DNA from: Actinomycetota bacterium
GTDB lineage: Bacteria > Actinomycetota > Acidimicrobiia > IMCC26256 > VFJJ01
Length of the DNA: 45,591 nt
Assembly (NCBI GenBank): GCA_009886115.1
Contig: VFJJ01000074.1
Location: 1-45,591, forward strand
Direction: 5' to 3'
The number at the start of each line of letters is the position of its first letter. The first letter of the stretch is position 1. The notes beneath the pieces are model-generated. The model did no database searches. It worked only from the letters and a program-made list of their open reading frames with translations, and was not told the origin of the DNA. A program made the translations under genes and the position numbers. Below are positions 37,695 through 45,591 of the stretch, in pieces.

Positions 37695-39104
37695 ATGACC
37701 CAGCGCTACGACGTCGTGATCATCGGGATGGGCTCGGCGGGGCTCACCGGAGCGCAGTTCGCAGCGCGACTCGGTGTGAGGGTGGCCGTCGTCGAACGCC
37801 ACCGCGTGGGTGGCGACTGTCTGTGGACGGGCTGCGTGCCGTCGAAGGCCCTTCTGGCGGCTGGCAAGGTGGCCCATCACTTCCGAACGGCCGACCGCTA
37901 CGGGATCGCGTCGGTTGAGCCGGCGATCGACCGAGCCGCCGTATGGCAGGGGATTCGCGACATCCAGCACCAGATCGCCGAGACCGACGACAGCCCTGAG
38001 CACTACCGCGCGCTCGGCGTCGACGTCGTGCTCGGCGACGCCCACATCGCCGGTCCGAACACGGTGGTCGTCGGCGACCGCACCATCGAAACCCGGTTCA
38101 TCCTGATCGCCACGGGTAGCCGGCCAGCCGTTCCCGAGATCGAAGGGCTCGCCGAGGCGGGCTATCTCACGAGCGAGAACCTGTTCGAGCTCGACGAGCC
38201 TCCGTCCAGCCTGGTGATCGTTGGTGGCGGACCCATCGCCGTCGAGATGGCGCAGGGCTGTCGCCGCTTGGGCATCGCGGTGACCCTGCTGCAGAAGCCG
38301 CACCGCGTCCTACCCCGCGACGAGCCGAGGCTCGTCGATCAGCTCGTGGGTGTGCTGCGAGCGGAAGGCGTCGAGGTCGTCACCGACGTCGCCATCGAGC
38401 GGGCGACCATCGTCGACGGCACCAAGGTGCTGCACGGCACCGAGGGCGGGTCTCCCCACACCTGGGCGGCCGCCGAGCTCCTGATCGCCACCGGCCGGAC
38501 GCCGAACGTCGCGGGTCTCGGCCTGGCTGGGGCGGGCGTGAAGACCAACGCCCGTGGAATCGAGGTCGACGCCTACCTCCGTACCTCGGTTCCGTCGATC
38601 TTCGCGTGCGGTGACGTGGCCGGCCGACACCTGTTCACGCACTCGGCGGCGTACGAGGCGGTGCGGGCTCTGCGCACGATGTTCTTTCCCGGCAAGGGCA
38701 AGGCCGATGCCCTGGTCCCCTGGTGCACCTTCACCGATCCGGAGCTCGCTCATGTCGGGCTGACCGCCCAGGAGGCCGTCGCCCGCCACGGGGCCGACGA
38801 CGTCGAGGTCTGGCATCACGATCTCGAGCACTCCGATCGGGCCCGGGCCGACCGGAGTGCCGTTGGTGGCTTCGTGATCGTCACGCACAAGGGGCGACTC
38901 GTGGGTGCTCACGTGCTCGCGACCGCAGCCGGCGAGACGATCCACGAGCTGGCCCTGGCGATCTCGCTCGGCGCCGACATGGGCGACCTCGCGAACATGG
39001 TGCACGTGTATCCGACCTACACGACATCGGTGGGCGTGCTCGCGGGCGACGCAGCCTTCGCCAAGGCCGACCGCTACCGCTGGCTGGTCCGCAAGGAGCG
39101 CTGA
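37695..39104 (+). CDS. Class I pyridine nucleotide-disulfide oxidoreductase (LpdA/MerA-like)
   Basis: IIGMGSAG, GGDCLWTGCVPSK redox disulfide, GGGPIAVE, ACGDV, HVYPT. Confidence 0.9.
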   Translation: MTQRYDVVIIGMGSAGLTGAQFAARLGVRVAVVERHRVGGDCLWTGCVPSKALLAAGKVAHHFRTADRYGIASVEPAIDRAAVWQGIRDIQHQIAETDDSPEHYRALGVDVVLGDAHIAGPNTVVVGDRTIETRFILIATGSRPAVPEIEGLAEAGYLTSENLFELDEPPSSLVIVGGGPIAVEMAQGCRRLGIAVTLLQKPHRVLPRDEPRLVDQLVGVLRAEGVEVVTDVAIERATIVDGTKVLHGTEGGSPHTWAAAELLIATGRTPNVAGLGLAGAGVKTNARGIEVDAYLRTSVPSIFACGDVAGRHLFTHSAAYEAVRALRTMFFPGKGKADALVPWCTFTDPELAHVGLTAQEAVARHGADDVEVWHHDLEHSDRARADRSAVGGFVIVTHKGRLVGAHVLATAAGETIHELALAISLGADMGDLANMVHVYPTYTTSVGVLAGDAAFAKADRYRWLVRKER

Positions 39105-39219
39105 GCGCGTCCATCGTCGACCCCGGGCGCGCCGGCAGGTCCTCCCTACCCTGGGGGAAGGCAGGCAAGGGGCGTGGGCCGGGGGCGCCAGGTCAAGCGA
39201 GGCGGCGCGAGGCCTGGGG

Positions 39220-42200
39220 TCAGGCTGCGGGCACGGCACCGACGCGGACGGTCGAGCCCCGGGCGCCGCGAACGACCTCGATGCCGAACCTGATGCGCTC
39301 ACGCAATGCGGGTACATGGCTGATCACGCCGACGAGCCGACCTCCGTCGCGGAGGACGTCGAGCTGTGCCATGGCCAGATCGAGCGCCTCGGGATCGAGC
39401 GATCCGAATCCCTCGTCGACGAACAGCGTGTCGAGACGAATCCCGCCGGCGTGCGAGCGGACGACGTCGGCGAGCCCCAGGGCCAGCGCCAGCGAGGCGA
39501 GGAACGTTTCGCCCCCCGACAGGCTCTGAACATCGCGCTCCTCGCCCGTGTGCGCGTCATCGACCCGGATCCCCAGGCCCGACTTGGCATTGCCCCGGAT
39601 CCGCCCTGCGTCGAGGCACAGCGTGTACCGACCGTCGGTCATCGTGTGCAGCCGAATGCTCGCCTGCACGCAGATCTCGTCGAGGAAGGCGGCGAGCACC
39701 CACCGCTCGAGCGACGTGCGGTTCGGACCGGCGCCTTTGCATGCCTCGGCCAGCCGCCTGACCCGCGTCGCCTGCGCGCGACGAGGACCCAGCTCACCCG
39801 AGAGCGCTCGGTGCTCGTCGACGCGGGCGAGGACGACGTCGGACGCGGCTGCGGCCCGGTCGCCGAGGCGACCGGCGCGATCGCGCTCGGCCCGAGCGGC
39901 GAGCTCAGACACCTCGATCGAGGACAGGTCCGGACGCGACCGCGAGACGCCGAGGCGATCGAGCTCGTCGAGCTCCGATCGAGTGCTCGTGACCACAGCG
40001 TCGTGGGTGGCAATCGACTCCGACCACTGCCGCTGGAGCTCGAGGTCGACCAGCGCCGCCTCGGCCTCGACGATCGTGGCGAAACCCCGTCCTTGCGTCA
40101 GCTCGGCTGCCGACCGTTCGAGGAGCGAGCACTCGGCGTCGAGACTCAGCAGGCGCTGTTCGTGCTCGGCGAGCCCGGACGCGACCGCGGCGACCGCTAC
40201 CGTCGACCGTCGGGCCGACTCGACCGCTGCGATCATGCTCACGAGCATGCCGGGGTCGCGGGGGCCGGGCTCCGACGCGGCGTCACCGAACCCCGAGCCC
40301 AACCCCGAGCCGAGGCCGAGGAGCTCCACCACGTCGGTGACGAGCCGGCTGGACTGGCGCAGCAACTCGACGCGCCGTGCTCGCTCCGTCGCAGCCTGCT
40401 CCTGGAGCTCGACACCTCGATGCCGGGCGCGATCGCTGCTGGCGCTCACCCGGTCGCGTTCGGCCTCCAGCGGCTCGATCTGCCCCAGCCCCTGCCGCGC
40501 CTTTTCGAGGAGCGACGTGGCAGCCGCCAACGCCCCCTCGAGCGTCTCGTGATCGCCCGCATCGCACACCAGGCGGCGCTCGCGCGTCTGAAGCTCGGCC
40601 ATGTCGACCAGGAGCGCTCGAAAGCGGGTGTCGAGCTCGTCGACTCGCCGCCGGGCCTCGTCGACCGCTGCTCGATCGCTCGGCGCCCGGGTCTCGTCAC
40701 CCGCTTCGGAGGGTGAGCGAGCGGGCAGCGAACGAGCGGGCAGCGAACCCTCCGGCGCCATCGCTCGTCCGTGCGATCGACACACGGCTCCACACACGGG
40801 GCAGGCCTGGCCGGGCTGGAGCTCGGCAGCCAACTCCTCGGCGAGGTCGGCGAATCGTCGCTCGAGGAGCTCGTCGTGATCGTGCCGGGCCTGACGGGCC
40901 TGTTCGCCCGTGACCGCAACCGCTTCGGAGCACGCTTCGAGCTCTGACCGCAGCCGGGCCAGCTCCTCGGTCGCAGACCGCCGCTCCACGCAGTCGTCGA
41001 GCTCGCGTTGGCGCTGCGGGAGCACGGCCGCGAGCGCCCGGGCCCCGGTGAGCTGTTCGGCGATCTGTGCCAGGCGACCCGTGCTCTCGGCAATCGAGCG
41101 GCGGGCGTCGTCGACCTCGCCGTCGAGCGCGCCCGCAGCGAGGTCGGCGAGATGGGCCTCGGTCGCCGAGCTCTGGGCGATCTCGAGATCGGCGCGGGCC
41201 CGGGAGAGCCGCTCCCCGTGAACCTCGAGCTCTCGGACCAGAGCCGCCGCGTTGGGATCGCGGGTCCGGTGGAGCGCCACCCGGGCCGAGAGACCCTCGA
41301 CCGACCACCGGGCGACGAGCGACGCAAGGCGCTCGGAGATCGCAGCGTGATCAGCATCCGCCTGCTCGTGGTTCGACCGGGCCGCGCGGATGTGTGCCCC
41401 GACGACCCGTATCGGCTCGGCGGCGACGGCCCGCTGCCACGTTCCTCGGAGCACATCGATGTCGGGTGCCACCCGGGTCAGCTCGGCCCAGACGGTCGAC
41501 ACCCGGGCGTGCCGGTCCCATCGCTCGGCGACCTCGATCGCCGTCGCAACCTCGGCGGCCCGTTCCCGCCAGCGCGTCTCGGCCTCGTTCCGGCCCGCCT
41601 CGAGATCGCTGGCCAGGGCCGCGAGCGCAGCGGCGATCTCGGCCACGCCTGCGAGCTCGGTGGGCGCCACCACGAGCGGCGACGGACCGGGACCACCGGC
41701 GGGACGATCTTCCCGGGCGACATCGAGTGCCACCCGGGCCCACTCCTCGACCACCCGGGCCTCGATGGCTCCGATCGCGTGCTCGAGCCCCGCCACCTCG
41801 GCCTCGATCGTGCGGGCATCGAGATCGAGCCGATCGGCATAGAGCTTGAAGCGCTCCGACTGGAACAGCGACCGCAGGAGCTCCTCGCGGGCGCCGGCAT
41901 CGGCTTGCAGGGCCTGCTGGAACAACCCCTGCGGCAACAGCACGACCTGCTGGAACTGGTTCACGTCGAGCCCGATGAGATCACGAACGAGTCGATCGAC
42001 CTCCTTGACCTTCGAGGCGATCGGACGCCAACCCTCGCCGTCGCGTCGGAAGAACGCGGCGCTCGCCGGGACCGGTGCCGCCCGGCCCGGCCGGTCGTGC
42101 GCCGCTGTCCGTTCGACGCGAGCCACCCGTCCCTCGACCTCGAACTCCAAGGCCACCCTGGGGACCGCGCCGGCGCCAGCATGGTCGGAGCACAGGCGGG

Positions 42201-42390
42201 TGAGCCCGGAGCGCGCCCCGGGCACCGCGCCGTAGAGCGCGAAGCACAAGGCGTCGAGCAAGGAGGTCTTGCCAGCGCCGGTTCGGCCGTGGATCAGGAA
42301 GATCCCCGAGCCGTGCAGCAGGCCGAAGTCGACGACCTCGGTCCCCGCGTAGGGACCGAAGGCCTCGATCTCGAGCTTCAGGGGTCGCAC
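39220..42390 (-). CDS. sbcC: SbcC (Rad50-like SMC ATPase)
   Basis: LEIEAFGPYA, GRTGAGKT, LLPQGLF, CPVCG zinc hook, LSGGE, FVDEGFGSLD, ISHV. Confidence 0.94.
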   Translation of the reverse strand: MRPLKLEIEAFGPYAGTEVVDFGLLHGSGIFLIHGRTGAGKTSLLDALCFALYGAVPGARSGLTRLCSDHAGAGAVPRVALEFEVEGRVARVERTAAHDRPGRAAPVPASAAFFRRDGEGWRPIASKVKEVDRLVRDLIGLDVNQFQQVVLLPQGLFQQALQADAGAREELLRSLFQSERFKLYADRLDLDARTIEAEVAGLEHAIGAIEARVVEEWARVALDVAREDRPAGGPGPSPLVVAPTELAGVAEIAAALAALASDLEAGRNEAETRWRERAAEVATAIEVAERWDRHARVSTVWAELTRVAPDIDVLRGTWQRAVAAEPIRVVGAHIRAARSNHEQADADHAAISERLASLVARWSVEGLSARVALHRTRDPNAAALVRELEVHGERLSRARADLEIAQSSATEAHLADLAAGALDGEVDDARRSIAESTGRLAQIAEQLTGARALAAVLPQRQRELDDCVERRSATEELARLRSELEACSEAVAVTGEQARQARHDHDELLERRFADLAEELAAELQPGQACPVCGAVCRSHGRAMAPEGSLPARSLPARSPSEAGDETRAPSDRAAVDEARRRVDELDTRFRALLVDMAELQTRERRLVCDAGDHETLEGALAAATSLLEKARQGLGQIEPLEAERDRVSASSDRARHRGVELQEQAATERARRVELLRQSSRLVTDVVELLGLGSGLGSGFGDAASEPGPRDPGMLVSMIAAVESARRSTVAVAAVASGLAEHEQRLLSLDAECSLLERSAAELTQGRGFATIVEAEAALVDLELQRQWSESIATHDAVVTSTRSELDELDRLGVSRSRPDLSSIEVSELAARAERDRAGRLGDRAAAASDVVLARVDEHRALSGELGPRRAQATRVRRLAEACKGAGPNRTSLERWVLAAFLDEICVQASIRLHTMTDGRYTLCLDAGRIRGNAKSGLGIRVDDAHTGEERDVQSLSGGETFLASLALALGLADVVRSHAGGIRLDTLFVDEGFGSLDPEALDLAMAQLDVLRDGGRLVGVISHVPALRERIRFGIEVVRGARGSTVRVGAVPAA

Positions 42391-43745
42391 GGGTCGTGCT
42401 CCGTGCCGGCGATGGCATGCTTGACGACCAGGCGGTCGTCCTCGGAGGGCTCCGATCCGAGCGTCTCGGCCAGGAACGCCTCGACGAGCTCGTGGTCGGA
42501 ACGGCCCCGGATCCGCTCGGCGACCGCGTCGCGTCCGAGGGGACGGCCAGTCGGCGGACGGTGCACGAGCAGGACCGCCCGGGAGAACCGCCGTTGCAGC
42601 CCGGCCATCGCCCCCGCCGGGACGATCGGGTCGGTCAGCAGGATCCGTACCCAGTCGTCGTGGGCCGACGTGAGCGCGGGATCGGTGAGCAGCTGCTCGA
42701 AGCTCCCCTCGATGGTGCGCACCGAACGCCCGACGCCCAGCGGCGCGAACTCGGCCGAGATCGGCCCCGAAACCGGGAGGTCGACGATCCAGCAGCCCTT
42801 GGCCTCCGACTCGGAGAAGGAGTAGGCCAGTGGTGAGCCGCTGTAGCGCACGTGACCTCCGCCCAGGACCTGCGACCGGTGGAGATGCCCGAGCGCGACG
42901 TACCCGAAGCCCTCGAAGCACCGCAGCGACACCCGATCGGCGCCCCCGACAGCCAACTCGCGTTCAGAGTCGCTCGGGTGACCACCGGCGACGAACGCGT
43001 GCGCCAGCACGATCGACCGTTGCACCGGGATCGATGCGGCCTGAGCCCTCGAGCCATCGAGCACACGGCGGAGGATGGACTCGTGGGTGACGGGGACGCC
43101 GACGGGGACGCCGCGCGGCTCGCCGTGCAGGCTCGGGCGAGTAGCCGGGGTGGGCCGACCCTCGTCGTCGAAGAGCCGCCCGAGGAATGGATCGTCGTCG
43201 TGCGCACACCCGTCAGACGACGGACCACCGACCGCGGCGCTGATCGCGGAAGCGATCGCTGCGGCGGCGACCATCGACCCGTCGGCCTCCCGCCCGCTCG
43301 ACGGCTCCTCCGCGGGAAAGAGCCGCCGAGCCACCATGGGCTCGAGGTAGGGCACGGCGTGCACCACGACAGGGGGACCCCCGTCGTCACACGGGATCTG
43401 GATCGGTTCCACGCCCCGGGCCGGATCGCCCCGCACGACCACGCCGCCGGGGGCCATCACGCGCTCGCCCCAGCCCACACGGACGCCCGAGTCGTGGTTC
43501 CCGGCGATGGCGACGACCCGAGCGCCCGCGCCCCGCAGCGAGCACAGCGCATCGTCGAGCAGCATCACCGCATCGGCGTTGGGGATGGCTCGGTCGTACA
43601 GATCGCCGGCAATGAGCACGAGGTCGACCTCGGCCGACCGGACCAGATCGACGACGGCGTCGATCATCGCTGCCTGCTCGTCGGCGCGCGACGCGCCGTG
43701 AAACGGCCGCCCGAGATGCCAGTCGGAGGTGTGGAGGATCCGCAC
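42378..43745 (-). CDS. sbcD: SbcD (Mre11-like nuclease)
   Basis: ILHTSDWHLG, AGDLYD, GNHDS, ALGHLH, YSGSPLAYSFSE. Confidence 0.95.
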   Translation of the reverse strand: MRILHTSDWHLGRPFHGASRADEQAAMIDAVVDLVRSAEVDLVLIAGDLYDRAIPNADAVMLLDDALCSLRGAGARVVAIAGNHDSGVRVGWGERVMAPGGVVVRGDPARGVEPIQIPCDDGGPPVVVHAVPYLEPMVARRLFPAEEPSSGREADGSMVAAAAIASAISAAVGGPSSDGCAHDDDPFLGRLFDDEGRPTPATRPSLHGEPRGVPVGVPVTHESILRRVLDGSRAQAASIPVQRSIVLAHAFVAGGHPSDSERELAVGGADRVSLRCFEGFGYVALGHLHRSQVLGGGHVRYSGSPLAYSFSESEAKGCWIVDLPVSGPISAEFAPLGVGRSVRTIEGSFEQLLTDPALTSAHDDWVRILLTDPIVPAGAMAGLQRRFSRAVLLVHRPPTGRPLGRDAVAERIRGRSDHELVEAFLAETLGSEPSEDDRLVVKHAIAGTEHDPCDP

Positions 43746-43822
43746 GGACCGAGGATGACACGGCCATGTGACAAGAACGCGGACCCCGCCGTCAGATCGC
43801 CTCACTGGGATACCGTGAACCC

Positions 43823-44200
43823 GTGCCGCAGATCCCGTCATCCGATGCACCGGACGAGCGCAACCGCAACGGCGACCGAGCCGACGACGACATGACCGAC
43901 GGCGGCGGAGGCGACGACCCGGCTCCCGGTGCACGGCCACGGCCGCGCATCGCCCGATCGGCCGGCGGCCAGGTGCTCGCGGCAGCCATGCTCGGGTTGC
44001 GAGATGCCATCGAAGGACCCAAGGACCACACCGTCGCCATCGTCGTCGACTCCCCGGGCGAGCCCCACGATCCCGACGCCGACTTCGACCTCGAGCTCGA
44101 CTTCGACCATCCCGAACGGTCACGCGTGGTCATGCGCGCCCCCACCCGCGCCCCCACCCCTCCCCAGGTCGCCGCCCCTGAGGTCCCGCCGGCCTCGTGA
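43823..44200 (+). CDS. Small acidic hypothetical protein
   Basis: TACCGT 6 nt before GTG; ordered core AAAMLGLRDAIEGPKD; fills the gap between sbcD and the deacetylase. Confidence 0.6.
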   Translation: MPQIPSSDAPDERNRNGDRADDDMTDGGGGDDPAPGARPRPRIARSAGGQVLAAAMLGLRDAIEGPKDHTVAIVVDSPGEPHDPDADFDLELDFDHPERSRVVMRAPTRAPTPPQVAAPEVPPAS

Positions 44201-44202
44201 TC

Positions 44203-44952
44203 TCAGTCGGCCAGGCGTTCCCACCCCGGCGGTGGCGGCGCCAGACGCCAGTACTGCTCGGGCACCGCGGCATCGAGCCGGGCGCTGAGGCCATGATCGG
44301 CGTCGAGTGGCGGGAGTTGCGTCCGATAGCAGGCGATGGCAGCCCGCTTGCGCTCCGAACCCGGATCGACCGGGATCACCGCGGGTGTGGGCCAGATCCC
44401 GGCTCGGAAGAGCTGGGAGATCCGCCAGGCGAGCATTCCGGGGATGTGCTTGTAGCCCCCGTCCTCGTAGCAGAACCAGGCCCACTCGTCGCGACGACGT
44501 TCGTGGACGAGGCGCGCCGCGTCGTGGGTCATCACGTGATCGGGATTGCCCAGCCCGAACGGCACGAGCACGGCGGTCGGGTCGGCTGCCGCGATGGCCG
44601 TATCGAGCGCGTCGGCGACCTCAGCCGGTGCATGGGGCCGCCCGTCGCGGTACACGTGCTGGTCGAAATCGAGCCAGACCGGTGTCGCTCCCAACTCGGC
44701 GAGAGCGGCAACGTCTTCCGCCCGACGAGCCGCCATCACGTCGTCTCCTGCTGCGAAGCCCCCGGCGCTGTCCCAGGCGCCCATGGGCTCCGGGTACGCC
44801 GCCGGCGTGCGTGCCGTGACCGTGATGACCGTCGCCCCCGGGTGACGGGACATGAGCTGACCGCATCCGAGCACGGCATCGTCGAGATGGGGCGAAACCA
44901 CCACGGTGCGCGCCAGCACACCGTGTTCGATCGGGAAGGTCCACACCCGCAT
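44203..44952 (-). CDS. PIG-L/LmbE family deacetylase
   Basis: VVSPHLDDAVLG, RRAED, NPDH, KRAAIACYRTQ. Confidence 0.88.
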   Translation of the reverse strand: MRVWTFPIEHGVLARTVVVSPHLDDAVLGCGQLMSRHPGATVITVTARTPAAYPEPMGAWDSAGGFAAGDDVMAARRAEDVAALAELGATPVWLDFDQHVYRDGRPHAPAEVADALDTAIAAADPTAVLVPFGLGNPDHVMTHDAARLVHERRRDEWAWFCYEDGGYKHIPGMLAWRISQLFRAGIWPTPAVIPVDPGSERKRAAIACYRTQLPPLDADHGLSARLDAAVPEQYWRLAPPPPGWERLAD

Positions 44953-45030
44953 GGGATCGGTCACGACGCCAGTCTCCAGCACGCCTGTGCCGCCCGTCGA
45001 CCGCCCGTCGACGATCGCCCCGCTCTTCAT

Positions 45031-45045
45031 TGCTTGCTGCAAGCA
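45031..45045. promoter_or_regulatory. Palindrome TGCTTGC-T-GCAAGCA, candidate MarR operator
   Basis: Perfect 7-bp inverted repeat over a TTGCTT-N16-TAGGAT promoter-like element upstream of marR. Confidence 0.6.
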
Positions 45046-45063
45046 TCTTGCTAGGATGACCGG

Positions 45064-45570
45064 GTGAGCCCGACCCGGAGACCCGATCCATCGACATCCG
45101 ATGCACCTGTCGACGACGATCCCATCCTGGCGATCGACCGGGCGTTGGGCGCGGTCGCCCGCTCGATCGCGTCGTCGCGGGCGCACGAGAAGGTGATCAT
45201 GCGTGCCGGTCTCGATGCTCGCATCGACCGGGCCGGGTTCACGGCGTTGGCCCGCATCCACGATCACGGCCCGCTGCGGCTCTCCGACCTTGCTGCGCTG
45301 CTCGGCGTCGACCTGTCGACCGTCAGTCGCCAGGTGCGCACGATCGAGGACCAGGGCCTCGTGGTGCGTCGGGCCGATCCCACCGACGGCCGGGCGGCCA
45401 TGGTCGAGGCCTCGGCCGACGGTCGACAAGCGCTGCAACGCCTGCGGGAGAGCGCCCGGGCCCGGCTGGGCGAGATCCTGGTCGACTGGTCCGACGACGA
45501 GCGCCACGAGCTGGCCCGTTCCCTGGCCCGGTTCGACGAAGCCATGCGCCGCTACGGCGATCGACCATGA
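45064..45570 (+). CDS. MarR family transcriptional regulator
   Basis: GPLRLSDLAALLGVDLSTVSRQV, DPTDGRA wing; an overlapping ATG at 45567 probably starts the next gene. Confidence 0.92.
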   Translation: MSPTRRPDPSTSDAPVDDDPILAIDRALGAVARSIASSRAHEKVIMRAGLDARIDRAGFTALARIHDHGPLRLSDLAALLGVDLSTVSRQVRTIEDQGLVVRRADPTDGRAAMVEASADGRQALQRLRESARARLGEILVDWSDDERHELARSLARFDEAMRRYGDRP

Positions 45571-45591
45571 GCGACCCCGACACCGACACCG

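Noticed and set aside
37695..39104. Mercuric reductase MerA call
   Set aside because: No C-terminal Cys-Cys pair, no NmerA domain and no mer genes nearby
38905..42825. Two ~600-aa plus-strand ORFs
   Set aside because: Antisense shadows of sbcC/sbcD
42391..42921. N-terminal extension of the 1233-aa SbcC ORF
   Set aside because: Overlaps sbcD in another frame; the family N-terminus begins at GTG 42390
39220..43745. SMC ATPase plus nuclease as an anti-phage system
   Set aside because: Motifs and gene order match housekeeping SbcCD; no JetABD or other defence partner genes are present

Overview
A very GC-rich, gene-dense stretch of core chromosome from an actinobacterium. Acidimicrobiia is likely, judged from protein style and gene order (inference). 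I see no rRNA, tRNA, CRISPR array, transposase or prophage gene. From left to right: rpsA, a methyltransferase, a Cache/PAS-GGDEF-EAL protein, polA, a PdtaR-like ANTAR regulator, an RsiV-like lipoprotein, an ABC1 kinase, a broken DUF4188 gene and an F420-dependent LLM oxidoreductase. Next is a ~15 kb phosphate/polyphosphate cluster: phoU-ppk1-CHAD-Nudix-SixA-methyltransferase-ppx-pstS-small ORF-pstCAB-degenerate phoU, facing an orphan SenX3/PhoR-like kinase and surE. This cluster carries three sets of 11-nt-spaced GTTCAC PHO-box-like repeats. It is followed by a membrane protein, an alpha/beta hydrolase, RraA, an ECF sigma/putative anti-sigma/stand-alone Rieske operon, gpsA, cofC, HU, a flavin disulfide reductase, sbcCD, a PIG-L deacetylase and MarR. 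The best candidates for new biology are the ECF-anti-sigma-Rieske module and the extended polyP cluster, with its split MutT1, degenerate second PhoU and PHO-boxed small membrane ORF. All calls come from reading motifs by eye; no database search was run.
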